NCBI GenBank assembly: GCA_963804995.1
Contig: CAWDSK010000002.1
Coordinates: forward strand, 224,001 to 288,000
Length of the DNA: 64,000 nt
Direction: 5' to 3'
From: an uncultured Acidobacteriota bacterium
GTDB taxonomy: Bacteria; Acidobacteriota; Terriglobia; UBA7540
Shown one piece after another: positions 25,843-36,690 of this stretch (positions are counted from its first letter, which is position 1; each line of letters starts with the position of its first letter). Below the pieces are notes generated by a model. It made no database searches. It was given only the letters and a program-made list of their open reading frames with translations, and was not told where the DNA came from. Both the position numbers and the translations under genes were made by a program.

Positions 25843-27807
25843 ATGAAGAAGTTCGGGCGATACGACGTCATTGACGAGCTGGGCCGCGGTGCGATGGGCA
25901 TCGTTTATAAAGCCGCGGATCCCACCATCGGCCGTCAGGTGGCTTTGAAGGTGCTCGCCCTTGAGTCGACGCACGACGAAGGAACCCACAGCCCACAGGC
26001 TATGTTCATGCGCGAGGTCCGCGCCGCCGGCCGGCTGGCGCACCCCTCCATTGTCACTATCCACGATGCCTTTGAGGACCAGGAGACCAAGACCAGTTGC
26101 ATCGTAATGGAATTGGTGCCGGGGAAGACCTTGGAAAGTATTCTCCTTTCCGGTCAGATCTTGACCCTGGACCAAACCCTCAAGATCATCCGCCAGGTTG
26201 CGGAGGGCCTGGAATACGCACATCAGAATCAGGTGGTGCACCGCGACTTGAAGCCCGCGAATATCCTGGTCACCGACGACGGACGGATCAAGATCACGGA
26301 CTTCGGCATCGCCAAAGTGCTGGCGCGCGAAGGGGTGGCGCGGACCATTGGGGTGATGGGGACACCGTCTTACATGTCGCCTGAGCAAGTGAAGGGCGGC
26401 GAAATCGACGCGCGCACCGACTTGTTCTCACTGGGCATTATCATATTTCTCATGCTAACGGGACAGAAGCCGTTCATGGGTGACACAGCCTCGGTAATGT
26501 TTAAGATTGTTTACGAAGATCCCGCCCTACCCAGCGGTATCAATTCCCAGCTTACACCCCCCTACGATTACGTGGTCCTGAAGTGCCTGGCGAAGGATCG
26601 CAACAAGCGTTACGCTTCGGCGCGCGAATTGTTGAATGACCTGGATGACCTTCAGCAGGGACGCCGGCCACGCTCGCAGGCGGTCACTGCCACGGTGGCT
26701 GTTCCCGCCCCCAAGGCTCCAGTTGCGCCGCCGGCAGCCAATCAAACTCTTGTGATGACTGTGCCGCTTATTAAGGAATCGGCGCCGAAGAAACAAGCGG
26801 AGCAAGCAGCAAAACCGGCGGCGCCACCGGCAGCACCACCACGCCAAGCCCCGCCCCCGGCACCCGATGCCGTGCAGCCAACTGTTGCTGTGCGGCCCCC
26901 CGTGCCGGTCGCGCCGCCGAAGAAGCCACCCGCACAACCGGCAGCCCCGGCGCGCCAAGCTCCACCCCCTCCACCCGTTAGCGTGCAGCCCACCGTTGCC
27001 GTGAAGCCACCTGTGCCGGTCGCGCCGCCGCAGGTCGCACCAGTCGAGCCGGTCGTGCCGGTGGAGGAAGAAGCTCCTGTTGCCCCCAGGGCAAAATCCA
27101 ATGCGCTTCCCATCGCTTCAGGCGCAGTCTTGCTGATTCTGCTGGGCGCCGCGGCCTTCGGTTATTGGAAGTATCACCAGGTCACGGCCACTCCGGTTCC
27201 GCCACCTCAGGCCGTCGTGCTCCCCCCGCCTTCGCCTCCGGCGGATTTGGTGCCGACGGAGCCGGTGAGCCCTCCTCCGGAACCTGAGAAGAAACCTGTA
27301 GTGCGCAAGCCGAAACCCGTGGTTGTCTCCAAGCCGGTAACGCCCGAACCCGCGCCTGCTCCACCGCAACCGGCCATCGCCGTGCTGCCACCTCCCAATC
27401 CAGGAACTCCGCCGCCCGGCGCAGATATTCTTGCCAAACCCGCGGTCCCCAAGGTTTCAAATGTTCCCCGCATCGTCCAGATTCACTGTGACTACGATCT
27501 GAAGGATGCTACCTATAGCATTGTGGGGGGCGGTCAGACACTTTTCCAAAGCTCCTTCAAAGGGAAGAAGAAGGGCGGCTTTCTTGGAATTAAAGGCGCT
27601 TATGAAGGGACTTTCTCACGCACGGTCACGGTGCCCGCCGGTGTGACGGAAGTTTCTTTCCACGTGTTGGGCAAAGATGGGGCGATTGACTTGACCAAGT
27701 CAATCCCCATGCCGCCGCCCGGGGGCTTTGTTCCCACGCTCCAAGTGGAAGTTGGCGACGATCAGGTCCAGCTGAGCTGGCAGGGTTCCTCCAATCCAAA
27801 TCCATAA
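25843..27807 (+). CDS. Hanks-type Ser/Thr kinase with Pro-rich linker, TM and extracellular domain
   Basis: LGRGAMG, VALK, HRDLKPAN, DFGIAK and GTPSYMSPEQ motifs. Confidence 0.92.
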   Translation: MKKFGRYDVIDELGRGAMGIVYKAADPTIGRQVALKVLALESTHDEGTHSPQAMFMREVRAAGRLAHPSIVTIHDAFEDQETKTSCIVMELVPGKTLESILLSGQILTLDQTLKIIRQVAEGLEYAHQNQVVHRDLKPANILVTDDGRIKITDFGIAKVLAREGVARTIGVMGTPSYMSPEQVKGGEIDARTDLFSLGIIIFLMLTGQKPFMGDTASVMFKIVYEDPALPSGINSQLTPPYDYVVLKCLAKDRNKRYASARELLNDLDDLQQGRRPRSQAVTATVAVPAPKAPVAPPAANQTLVMTVPLIKESAPKKQAEQAAKPAAPPAAPPRQAPPPAPDAVQPTVAVRPPVPVAPPKKPPAQPAAPARQAPPPPPVSVQPTVAVKPPVPVAPPQVAPVEPVVPVEEEAPVAPRAKSNALPIASGAVLLILLGAAAFGYWKYHQVTATPVPPPQAVVLPPPSPPADLVPTEPVSPPPEPEKKPVVRKPKPVVVSKPVTPEPAPAPPQPAIAVLPPPNPGTPPPGADILAKPAVPKVSNVPRIVQIHCDYDLKDATYSIVGGGQTLFQSSFKGKKKGGFLGIKGAYEGTFSRTVTVPAGVTEVSFHVLGKDGAIDLTKSIPMPPPGGFVPTLQVEVGDDQVQLSWQGSSNPNP

Positions 27808-27993
27808 GGTACCCCCCCGAAACAGGTTATCCCCGGCAGCATCGTTCTGCCCGGAGTTTCTTCTGGATTGGCCCATGCCTTTCCGCGCCCACTCTGCCAC
27901 CGAATCTTGAAAGGGGTCGACGGACAATGAGGGCGCGTGCTACCATCATATGGAGTTTGCTCAACGCAGTCGAAAGGTGCGCGCGAACCATAT

Positions 27994-28097
27994 CAGACTT
28001 CGGGCTCTGTGCGACGGATGTTCGCGAACCCCGCCAGGTCCGGAAGGAAGCAACGGTAACGAGCCTCTCCGTGTGCCGCAGATCAACCCGAAGTCTG
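27994..28097 (+). ncRNA. ffs: Signal recognition particle RNA (small bacterial type)
   Basis: Conserved CCAGGTCCGGAAGGAAGCAACGG core; terminal stem CAGACTTCGGG/CCCGAAGTCTG; lies upstream of dnaX. Confidence 0.9.
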
Positions 28098-28235
28098 GCC
28101 CAATTTCGAAATTCGAAACTCGAAGTTCGAAAATCGCAGTGTTCCGCCGCCGAAGGCGAGTTTCAAGTTTCGATTTTCGAGTTTCGCTCTTAAGTAAGCT
28201 CATCGTACATCATTCCGCGTCCACAATTACTTCCC

Positions 28236-29943
28236 ATGTCCTACCAGGTTATTGCCCGCAAATATCGCCCCCAGACATTTGACGACGTGGTGGGCCAGCA
28301 CCTTGTCACCGACACGCTAAAGAACGCCATCCAAACCGATCGGGTCGCGCACGGATACATCTTTTCGGGAGCGCGGGGTGTGGGGAAGACCACGACGGCG
28401 CGCATCCTCGCCAAGGCGCTCAACTGCTCGAACGGGGCCGACGATTACGCCGGACGGTACGTGCGCCTCATGCACTGAAATCGCGGCGGGAAACTCCGTG
28501 GACGTGCAGGAAATCGACGCCGCCTCGAACCGCGGCATCGACGAAATCCGCGAGCTACGCGAGGCGGTGCGCTACCTGCCCGCGCGCGACCGCTACAAGA
28601 TCTTCATCATCGATGAAGCGCACATGCTGACTACAGAGGCCTTCAACGCGCTCCTCAAGACCCTGGAAGAACCCCCCCCGCGATCGCTCTTCATCCTGGC
28701 CACGACCGAGCCGCACAAGCTGCCCTCCACAATTCAGTCTCGCTGCCAGCACTTTGCCTTTCGCCTGTTGGATTATGGCGAAATCTTCGATCGGCTTCGC
28801 GGGGTGACGGCGGAAGAAAACATCTCCGCTGACGAAGGCGCCATCTCAACACTGGCCCAGGCCGCCGAGGGTAGCATGCGCGATGCGCTGTCACTGCTCG
28901 ATCAGGTGATCGCCGCCTGCGGTGAGCATCTGGATGAGAAGCGTGTGCGCCAGGTTCTGGGCGTGGTGCCCACGGAATTGCTGGCGAGTATCGTCAAAGC
29001 CATCCATGCGGCGGAGGCGCGCCAGGTGCTTGAACGCGTCGGGCAACTGACTTCCGAAGGTTTCGAGCTCGCACATTTCTGCGGGGAGCTTACCCGCTTC
29101 GTGCGCGACATCATGGTGGCGCGAACTTGCGGCGCTGACAGTCCACTCTTGCAGGTTACCAGCGACCAACGGCGGCAGCTTGGCGAACTGGCTGGACTTT
29201 TCATCGAAGAGGACCTTTCACGGTTCTTCAACATTCTACTGCGTACCGAAAGCGAGATGCGCTATTCGCTGGTGCCGCGCTTCCACCTGGAATTGGCCCT
29301 GATGAAGCTGGTGCACGCCCGGCGGTTGACGTCGATTGAATCGTTGCTGAGCGGCCTGGGTGGCGCTGGCGTGGCGGCGAAAACATCCGGTCCCCCGCGC
29401 CCCGCGCCGGCGGCGCCTGTGCGCTCGGCTCCCGAACCACCGCGCAAGGTTCACACCGAAAGCGTTGAGAGGCCACCCGTGAGTGTGCCCTCTCCTGCCC
29501 CTCCCCGCGAAGCGCGCCCGGCCGTCGCACCTGTGGAAGATGTTCACCCGGCCGCACCGCCCAGTCACCCCGGCGAAGACTCGCGCCTGGCGGCCATCAA
29601 GACCAGGGTCTATAGCCAATCGAATTTCCTGGGCAGTTGCCTTGAACATCTGTCAGGCTGGCGCCACCGGGATGGCGAAGTCGAGTTCCGCTTTGCCCAA
29701 AAGGATTCTTTTTTCGCGGATTTGCTGAAGAGCCGGGAGCAGCAAGAGATGCTGCGGACGGTCTGTACCGAGGTGCTGGGCCAACCTGTAAAGATTTGTG
29801 TTAGACTTGAAGGCCTGGGAGTTGTGGCAAAGACGGATCGGCCTAGCGCGCGTGAACGCGCCGAGCGGGATCAGGGAGTGGAAGCTTTTCGCAGGAAGTT
29901 TGACGGCACGGTGTTAGACGCGAAAGACCTGAGCCGGGAGTGA
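28236..29943 (+). CDS. dnaX: DNA polymerase III gamma/tau, with an apparent extra base at about 28434-28437
   Basis: [13 protein letters not shown] and GARGVGKTT in the first frame; [15 protein letters not shown] and TIQSRC in the next frame. Confidence 0.93.
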
Positions 29944-29946
29944 GTG

Positions 29947-30258
29947 ATGAAAAACTTGCAGCAGATGCAACAAATCCTGAAGCAAGTCCAGCAATTCCAG
30001 GAGCAATTACAGAAACAACTGGATGAGCTGATTGTGGAAGCCGCCGCGGGGGGAGGCATGGTCTCCGTTAAGATGAATGGCCAAAAGCAACTCCACGAAG
30101 TGCGGATTGATCCGGAGGTCTGGGCTTCGCAGGATCTGGAGATGTTGCAGGATTTGATCCTGGTGGCGGTCAACGAAGCCGCGCGAAAAGTGGACGAGCA
30201 ACTGGCCAGCCAGATGGGCAACTTGGCCGGCGGCATGAATATTCCCGGCCTCACCTGA
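29947..30258 (+). CDS. ybaB: YbaB/EbfC nucleoid-associated protein
   Basis: AGGGMVSV and DLEMLQDLILVAVNEA motifs; dnaX-ybaB-recR synteny. Confidence 0.93.
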   Translation: MKNLQQMQQILKQVQQFQEQLQKQLDELIVEAAAGGGMVSVKMNGQKQLHEVRIDPEVWASQDLEMLQDLILVAVNEAARKVDEQLASQMGNLAGGMNIPGLT

Positions 30259-30308
30259 GAAGAGACGAATTTTGAGTTTCTATCTTCGTTTCTCCGGTTA
30301 CCGACCCC

Positions 30309-30908
30309 ATGAAAGACTACGCCGAGCCGCTGGCTCGCTTGATTGATGAGCTGAAACGTCTGCCTGGCATCGGGCAGAAATCCGCACAACGCATCGCCTT
30401 CCACCTGGAACGCGTGTCTCGGGAAGACGCTGAGCGCCTGGCCGTGGCCATCCTCAACGCCAAGGACAAGATACGTTTGTGCAGTGTGTGCAATAACCTG
30501 ACGGAGCTCGATCCGTGCGAGTACTGCACGGATACCCGCCGGGATGGGGAAGTGATCTGCGTGGTCGAGACGCCCTACAACATCATCGGTGTGGAGAAGA
30601 CGCGCGAATTCCGCGGGCTGTATCACGTGTTGCATGGATCCCTTTCGCCGCTGCAAGGCATAGGGCCGGATCAACTGAAGCTGAAGAATCTTCTGGAGCG
30701 GTTAAGGAGCGGCAAGGTGAAGGAGCTGATCATCGCCACCAGCCCCACCGTCGAGGGCGAGGCCACGGCTGTCTACCTTTCCAAGCTCATCAAGCCGCTG
30801 GGTGTGAAGGTGAGCCGCATCGCCATGGGAATTCCCGTGGGCTCGGAGTTGGAATATGCGGACGAAGTTACCATGATGAAAGCGATGGAAGGCCGCCGGG
30901 AGATGTAG
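30309..30908 (+). CDS. recR: Recombination protein RecR
   Basis: [12 protein letters not shown]4 zinc finger, YHVLHG, EGEATA and ELEYADE motifs. Confidence 0.96.
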   Translation: MKDYAEPLARLIDELKRLPGIGQKSAQRIAFHLERVSREDAERLAVAILNAKDKIRLCSVCNNLTELDPCEYCTDTRRDGEVICVVETPYNIIGVEKTREFRGLYHVLHGSLSPLQGIGPDQLKLKNLLERLRSGKVKELIIATSPTVEGEATAVYLSKLIKPLGVKVSRIAMGIPVGSELEYADEVTMMKAMEGRREM

Positions 30909-31087
30909 CCCTGCCCGTTTCTATTTCCATTAACGAATCCAGTTGAGATCCTGCGCCGCGCCGCGTATTTCCGCATCACCCTAATACAACCCCGTTCCTG
31001 TATCTTCGGCGGTTCGCTATAATCTAATACTCTGGCCCTCCTGATTCTTGGGGAGAAGATCAAGGAGTTAGTATTCTTAAGTTACGG

Positions 31088-32833
31088 ATGCTCGATCGCC
31101 TCCGCCCGCTGTGGCCGTATCTTGCCCGTTACCGAGGGCGCTACGTCTCGGGGTTTGTGTGCCTGCTCATTTCACAGTCCGTTGGCGTTTTTGTTCCCCT
31201 GGTTATCAAAACTGGCATTGACGATCTGAGTCAGCATGCGGCGCTGCGGCGGCTCCTGGTCGTCGTCGCCTTACTCTTCACCTTAGCTCTGGTCAAGGCG
31301 GTGTTCCAGTTCTGGATGCGCTGGATTCTGATTGGCATCTCCCGCGACGCCGAATACGACCTGCGCAATGATTTGTTCCGGCACCTGATGCGGCTTTCGG
31401 CGCGCTATTACACCGAGCACCGCACCGGCGATTTGATGTCCAAACTGACCAATGACCTGAACGCCGTGCGCAATATGATCGGTCCGGGCATCATGTATTC
31501 CGCGAATACGGTGGTGGTGGGCGTCGCCACCATCGCCTTGATGATTCATCTCGACTGGCGGCTGACGCTGATGGCGCTCGCGCCGTTGCCTTTTGTATCG
31601 GTGGGCGTCAAGTTTTTCGGAGAGCGCATTCACGAGCGCTTCGAGAAAATCCAGGCGCTTTATTCTGAACTCACGGAGCGGGTCCGCGAAAATATTGCGG
31701 GCGTGCGAGTGGTCCGCGCTTTCTGTCAGGAAGACGCGGAAATGGCCAAGTTCGACGTGATGAACCTTGACTTCGTCGAGAAGAACAAGGGGCTGATCTG
31801 GATTACCAGCTTCCTGTGGCCCGCCATGGCATTGATGTTTGCCGTGGCGCTCATGCTGGTGTTGGTGGTGGGCGGGCGGCACGTGCTCCAGGGGCTCATC
31901 AGCGTCGGCACTTTTGCGGCGTTCAATGTTTATCTGACCTATTTGATTTGGCCCATCATCGCGCTGGGCTGGGTGACGAATCTTGTGCAGCGCGGACTGG
32001 CATCGCTCGGGCGGCTGTGGACGATCTTCGAAGCTCAACCCGACATCGACAACCGCGCCATCCCGGCAAATCCCGTTACTACGCTCGGTGGCGAAATCGA
32101 ATTCCGCAATCTGAGTTTCAGCTACAACGGGCACGCGATTTTAAAGGGGATCAACCTGCACATTCCCGCCGGCAAAACCGTGGCCGTGGTGGGCGCGACG
32201 GGATCCGGGAAATCCACCCTGGTCAGCTTGATTCCGCGCCTCTACGACGCCCCGGCAGGCTCCCTGTTGATCGACGGGGTTCCCATCCGCGAAATTCCTC
32301 TTCAGACCCTGCGCGCGCACATCGGGTTTGTGCCCCAGGAAACATTTCTCTTCAGCCAGACGATTCGTGAGAACATCCGGCTGGGAACGCCGGGGGCGTC
32401 AGAGGCAGAGGTGGAGCGCGCCGCGGAGATTTCCAACATCCTTCCCGAGATTCGCGGCTTCCCCAAGAAATTTGACACCACGGTCGGCGAGCGCGGGTTG
32501 ACGCTCTCCGGTGGGCAGAAGCAGCGGACGGCCATCTCCCGCGCGGTGATTCGCAATCCGCGCATCCTGATTCTGGATGATGCCCTCTCAAGCGTTGATA
32601 CGTATACGGAAGAAACCATCCTGCGGCAACTGACCGGCATCATGGCGGGCCGCACGACCATCCTGATTTCGCACCGCGTCTCTACGATTCAGAATGCCGA
32701 TGAGATTGTGGTGCTGCACGACGGGGAAATTGTGGAGCGTGGCACGCACGCGGAATTGCTGGCGCTCAATGGGTTCTATACGGAGCTTTATAACAAGCAG
32801 TTGATCGAGGAGGAGTTGGAGAAGGAAGCGTAG
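31088..32833 (+). CDS. ABC exporter half-transporter (MdlA/YheI-like)
   Basis: TM domain; GATGSGKS, LSGGQKQR and ILDDALSSVD motifs. Confidence 0.9.
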   Translation: MLDRLRPLWPYLARYRGRYVSGFVCLLISQSVGVFVPLVIKTGIDDLSQHAALRRLLVVVALLFTLALVKAVFQFWMRWILIGISRDAEYDLRNDLFRHLMRLSARYYTEHRTGDLMSKLTNDLNAVRNMIGPGIMYSANTVVVGVATIALMIHLDWRLTLMALAPLPFVSVGVKFFGERIHERFEKIQALYSELTERVRENIAGVRVVRAFCQEDAEMAKFDVMNLDFVEKNKGLIWITSFLWPAMALMFAVALMLVLVVGGRHVLQGLISVGTFAAFNVYLTYLIWPIIALGWVTNLVQRGLASLGRLWTIFEAQPDIDNRAIPANPVTTLGGEIEFRNLSFSYNGHAILKGINLHIPAGKTVAVVGATGSGKSTLVSLIPRLYDAPAGSLLIDGVPIREIPLQTLRAHIGFVPQETFLFSQTIRENIRLGTPGASEAEVERAAEISNILPEIRGFPKKFDTTVGERGLTLSGGQKQRTAISRAVIRNPRILILDDALSSVDTYTEETILRQLTGIMAGRTTILISHRVSTIQNADEIVVLHDGEIVERGTHAELLALNGFYTELYNKQLIEEELEKEA

Positions 32834-32952
32834 CTAAGGAGTCAGAAGTCAGGAGTCAGGAGCCAGAATGGAAGCACCGCTCAGGCCGTTCAGGCTGCCG
32901 GAGTTATTCGTTCTGACTCCTGACTTCTGACTCCTGAGTCCTCACAAGACCT

Positions 32953-34830
32953 ATGGCTGATACGTTCCACGAAGAAGAGGTCCTCGGCAAAGCGTACGAC
33001 TCGCGGCTGATGCGGCGGTTGATGGAGTACCTGCGCCCGTATTGGCGGATGACGCTGTTCGCGCTGATCGCCATCTTGTTTTACGGAATCCTGCAGGCCG
33101 CGCCAGGTTACCTGCTGAAAGTGGAAGTGGACCGTTACCTTGACCCCACGGGTGGACAGCGCCTGCCGGCGGTGCTGGCGCAATACCTGAGCAACGATCC
33201 GTTGAAAGGCATCGCGCAAATTGCCTTCGTGCTCTTTCTGCCGACGGTGATCCTCAGCTTCCTCCTGGAATTCTCACAATCTTTCGCCATGCAATTCGTA
33301 GGGCAAAAGGTGATGTACGATCTGCGCAAGCAGATTTTCCTTCACCTCCAGCGGCTGGAGATGGGCTTTTTCGACCGCAACCCGGTGGGCCGACTGGTGA
33401 CCCGCCTGACCACCGACGTGGACGTGCTGAACGATCTCTTCGCCTCCGGCGTGGTGGCCATCTTCGGCGACGTCTTCTCGCTGCTCAGCATCATGGTGGT
33501 GATGCTGAAACTGAACTGGAAGCTGGCGCTGCTGACTTTTTCGGTGCTACCCATAATCGTGATCATCACCGGGGCGTTCCGGCGCGCCGTGCGGGAATCG
33601 TACCGGCGCATCCGTGTGGCCATCGCGCGCATCAATGCGTATTTGCAGGAGCACATTACCGGCGTGGCCGTACTGCAACTCTTCAATCGCGAGGAGCGTA
33701 GTTACGACGAATTTGAGGAGACCAACCGTGCCCACATGGAAGCCTACAAGGATTCCATCCTGGCGTATGGCCTTTTCTATCCCGCCGTGGAACTGGTGGG
33801 AGTGGCGGCCGTCTGCATCATTCTTTATATGGGCGGCGGGATGACGTTGCGCGGCATTGTCAGCGTGGGCACGGCCATCGCCTTCATTCAGTACTCCCAG
33901 CGCTTCTTCCGCCCCATCCAGGATCTGAGCGATAAGTACAACCTGCTGCAGGCCGCCATGGCGAGTTCGGAACGCATCTTCAAGCTGCTGGATACGCCGG
34001 TGAAGATCGAGGATCCTCCCCATCCCAAGCTGCTTGAGGATCCCCGCGGCCAGGTGGATTTCCAGAAGGTCGGGTTTGCTTACCGGGAAAACCAGAAGGT
34101 CGTGGAAAATGTCAGCTTCACGATCGAGCCGGGCGAAACGGTGGCAGTGGTGGGACACACGGGCGCCGGCAAGACCACCCTCACCAACCTGCTGCTGCGC
34201 TTTTACGATGTGCAGGAGGGCCGGATTACGTTCGACGGCGTCGATATCCGCAACCTGCGCCTGCGTGATCTGCGGAAGAATTTCGGCATCGTGCTGCAAG
34301 ATCCATTTCTGTTTTCGGGGACGATCACGAGCAATATTCGGCTGGGCAGCGATTGGATTACCGATGTGCAGGTGCGTGCGGCGGCGCGGCAAGTGAAGCT
34401 GCTGGATTTTCTCGAAAGCCTTCCGGCGGGTTTTGACGAACCGGTGAAAGAACGCGGCGCCACGCTTTCGGTGGGTCAGAAGCAACTACTCTCTTTCGCG
34501 CGCGCCCTGGCGCACAATCCGCGGATATTGGTTCTGGATGAGGCCACTTCGAGCGTGGACCCTGAAACCGAGCACCTCCTGCGCGAAGGCATGCGCCGCC
34601 TGATTGAGAACCGCACTTCGCTGGTGATCGCGCACCGGCTCTCAACGATTCAAAACGCCACCAAGATTGTGGTCATGCACAAGGGTCACGTCCGCGAGGT
34701 GGGCACGCATCAGGAATTACTCCAGAAGCGTGGAATTTACTTCAAGCTCTACCAGCTTCAGTACAAGGATCAGGAGATCCCCCTGGCGCCGGTTGGTTCC
34801 GCCACGGAGTCCTTGCCAGAACGTTCTTAA
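32953..34830 (+). CDS. ABC exporter half-transporter (MdlB/YheH-like)
   Basis: TM domain; GHTGAGKT, LSVGQKQ and LDEATSSVD motifs. Confidence 0.9.
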   Translation: MADTFHEEEVLGKAYDSRLMRRLMEYLRPYWRMTLFALIAILFYGILQAAPGYLLKVEVDRYLDPTGGQRLPAVLAQYLSNDPLKGIAQIAFVLFLPTVILSFLLEFSQSFAMQFVGQKVMYDLRKQIFLHLQRLEMGFFDRNPVGRLVTRLTTDVDVLNDLFASGVVAIFGDVFSLLSIMVVMLKLNWKLALLTFSVLPIIVIITGAFRRAVRESYRRIRVAIARINAYLQEHITGVAVLQLFNREERSYDEFEETNRAHMEAYKDSILAYGLFYPAVELVGVAAVCIILYMGGGMTLRGIVSVGTAIAFIQYSQRFFRPIQDLSDKYNLLQAAMASSERIFKLLDTPVKIEDPPHPKLLEDPRGQVDFQKVGFAYRENQKVVENVSFTIEPGETVAVVGHTGAGKTTLTNLLLRFYDVQEGRITFDGVDIRNLRLRDLRKNFGIVLQDPFLFSGTITSNIRLGSDWITDVQVRAAARQVKLLDFLESLPAGFDEPVKERGATLSVGQKQLLSFARALAHNPRILVLDEATSSVDPETEHLLREGMRRLIENRTSLVIAHRLSTIQNATKIVVMHKGHVREVGTHQELLQKRGIYFKLYQLQYKDQEIPLAPVGSATESLPERS

Positions 34831-35116
34831 TGGACTACATTCGGGGCGCGTGATCCGGGACACGGGTTACGGGACACGGGACACGGGATACGGACGAACC
34901 CCAATTTTCGAATTCGGGGTTCGAACGAGGGCCAAGTGAGTTCACCCAGGGAATCGGCTATCCCAACCCCGTGCATCGGGACCGGGTCATTACCTTGCAA
35001 GATGTGCGCCGAGCTGTCGGCTGACAGACGCCGCTCCTGAGTCCCGAAACGCGTATCCCGTTCCCCGTGTCCCGTACCCCGTACCCCGTACCCCGTATCC
35101 CGAGCCTCAAAGTGAA

Positions 35117-36286
35117 ATGTCCAAAGTTACCATCATGATCGTGGCCGGTGAGCGCTCCGGCGACATCTACGGCGCCGGCCTGGCACGCGCTCTGGAGAAG
35201 CGTCTGCCCGGGTTGGAGGTTTTCGGCTGTGGCGGCGATGCCATGCGGCAAGCCGGAGCCGTCACCGTCGTGGACGCGCACCAGATGGCCATGGCCGGGG
35301 TCACGGAAATCATCTCAGGAATCCCGCGCGCCTATCGCGCCTTTCATCGCCTGCTTGAGGAAGCCGACCGCCGCAAACCCCAGCTTGCCATCCTGATTGA
35401 CTTTCCGGAATTCAACCTGCGCATGGCGCGGCAACTCAAGAAACGGAACATCCCGGTAGTCTACTTCGTGAGCCCGCAGGTCTGGGCGTGGCGCAAGCGG
35501 CGGATTAAGAAATTGAAGGCCCGCGTCGCCAAGATGATCGTCATTTTCGATTTTGAAGAAGAGATCTATCGGAAGGCGGGGGTGCCGGTCGAGTACGTTG
35601 GGCATCCGCTCCTGGACATGGTTCGGCCGCATCTGACGCGCGAGGAGTTCTTCAGCAAAGTGGGCCTGGACGCTTCTCTGCCTACGGTTGCACTGCTGCC
35701 CGGCAGCCGCGAAAAGGAAGTCACCAAAAACCTGCCGGTGATGCTGGACGCCGCGACCCGCCTGACGGTCGATCACAAATTGCAGTTCGTCGTCGCCGTA
35801 GCGCCCTCCATCGACCCGGTCTGGCTTGAAACCACCCTGCTGCAATTTTACGTGGGTCGAGCGGTCGTCCGCCCGGCCGTGCACATCACCTACGACGCGC
35901 TGCAACACTCGGAAGTGGCCGTGGTGGCCAGCGGCACGGCGACGCTGGAGGCGGCCCTGCGCGAGCGTCCCATGGTGGTGGTTTACCGCGTCTCACCCCT
36001 CACTTGGTTTGTAGGAAAGCTTCTGGTGGACGTGCCCTATTACAGCATGGTGAACATCCTGGCGAAGAAGGAGATTGTCCCCGAGTTGATGCAGCACGAT
36101 TTCAATGCTGCGAACGTCGCGTCGCGGGTAGAATACTTATTGGAACATCCCGAAGCCCGCCAGGCGATGATCGAGGGGTTTCGGGCCTTGGTGCCCCGCT
36201 TGGGACCGGGAGGCGCCATTGCGCGCGCCGCCGATGCCGTGGTGGGGGTACTCCAATCTTCCGGCACAGCCGCCCCGGCGACTTAA
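35117..36286 (+). CDS. lpxB: Lipid-A-disaccharide synthase
   Basis: VAGERSGD, IDFPEFN, VSPQVWAWR, LLPGSR and SGTATLE motifs. Confidence 0.95.
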   Translation: MSKVTIMIVAGERSGDIYGAGLARALEKRLPGLEVFGCGGDAMRQAGAVTVVDAHQMAMAGVTEIISGIPRAYRAFHRLLEEADRRKPQLAILIDFPEFNLRMARQLKKRNIPVVYFVSPQVWAWRKRRIKKLKARVAKMIVIFDFEEEIYRKAGVPVEYVGHPLLDMVRPHLTREEFFSKVGLDASLPTVALLPGSREKEVTKNLPVMLDAATRLTVDHKLQFVVAVAPSIDPVWLETTLLQFYVGRAVVRPAVHITYDALQHSEVAVVASGTATLEAALRERPMVVVYRVSPLTWFVGKLLVDVPYYSMVNILAKKEIVPELMQHDFNAANVASRVEYLLEHPEARQAMIEGFRALVPRLGPGGAIARAADAVVGVLQSSGTAAPAT

Positions 36287-36690
36287 GAAATCGACCGCGA
36301 CTCGAATTTAACTTTTGTGGGATGCAACGCAGAGGTCCAGCGAACAATCCAACCGAATGGTTGCCCTTTTGAGGGGCGGCGGAGCGAAACCATCGGGTTG
36401 GCATCCACGTCAAGGTTAATACAGGAATGGTAGTGGTACAGGTGGATGTAGCGGCGAGTTTACCTCGCCATATGGCGGCGTCCCGATCAGATCGGGATGA
36501 ATGCCGCCACCGCTACTTGGACCACTGCCAAAGGAATACGGACCCCCTGCCGCGCGTCAGCAATCACTTTCAAGTCGAGTGGCAGGCGACGTGGTGTGAG
36601 ATGAAAACAGGCAGAGGGGGGTTCACCCGCCTGAGGTGGCAGTGCCAGCGCGGAGCGCACAACACAACGATTCCGCGAGGAGAGCCGAGC

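Noticed and set aside
31088..34830. ABC pair as exporter of the GG-leader peptide
   Set aside because: Neither subunit has an N-terminal C39 peptidase domain, and they lie 22 kb away.
36427..36690. N-terminal extension of the M1 peptidase in the ORF track
   Set aside because: It runs through a REP element; the ATG at 36691, with RBS and signal-like segment, is more plausible.
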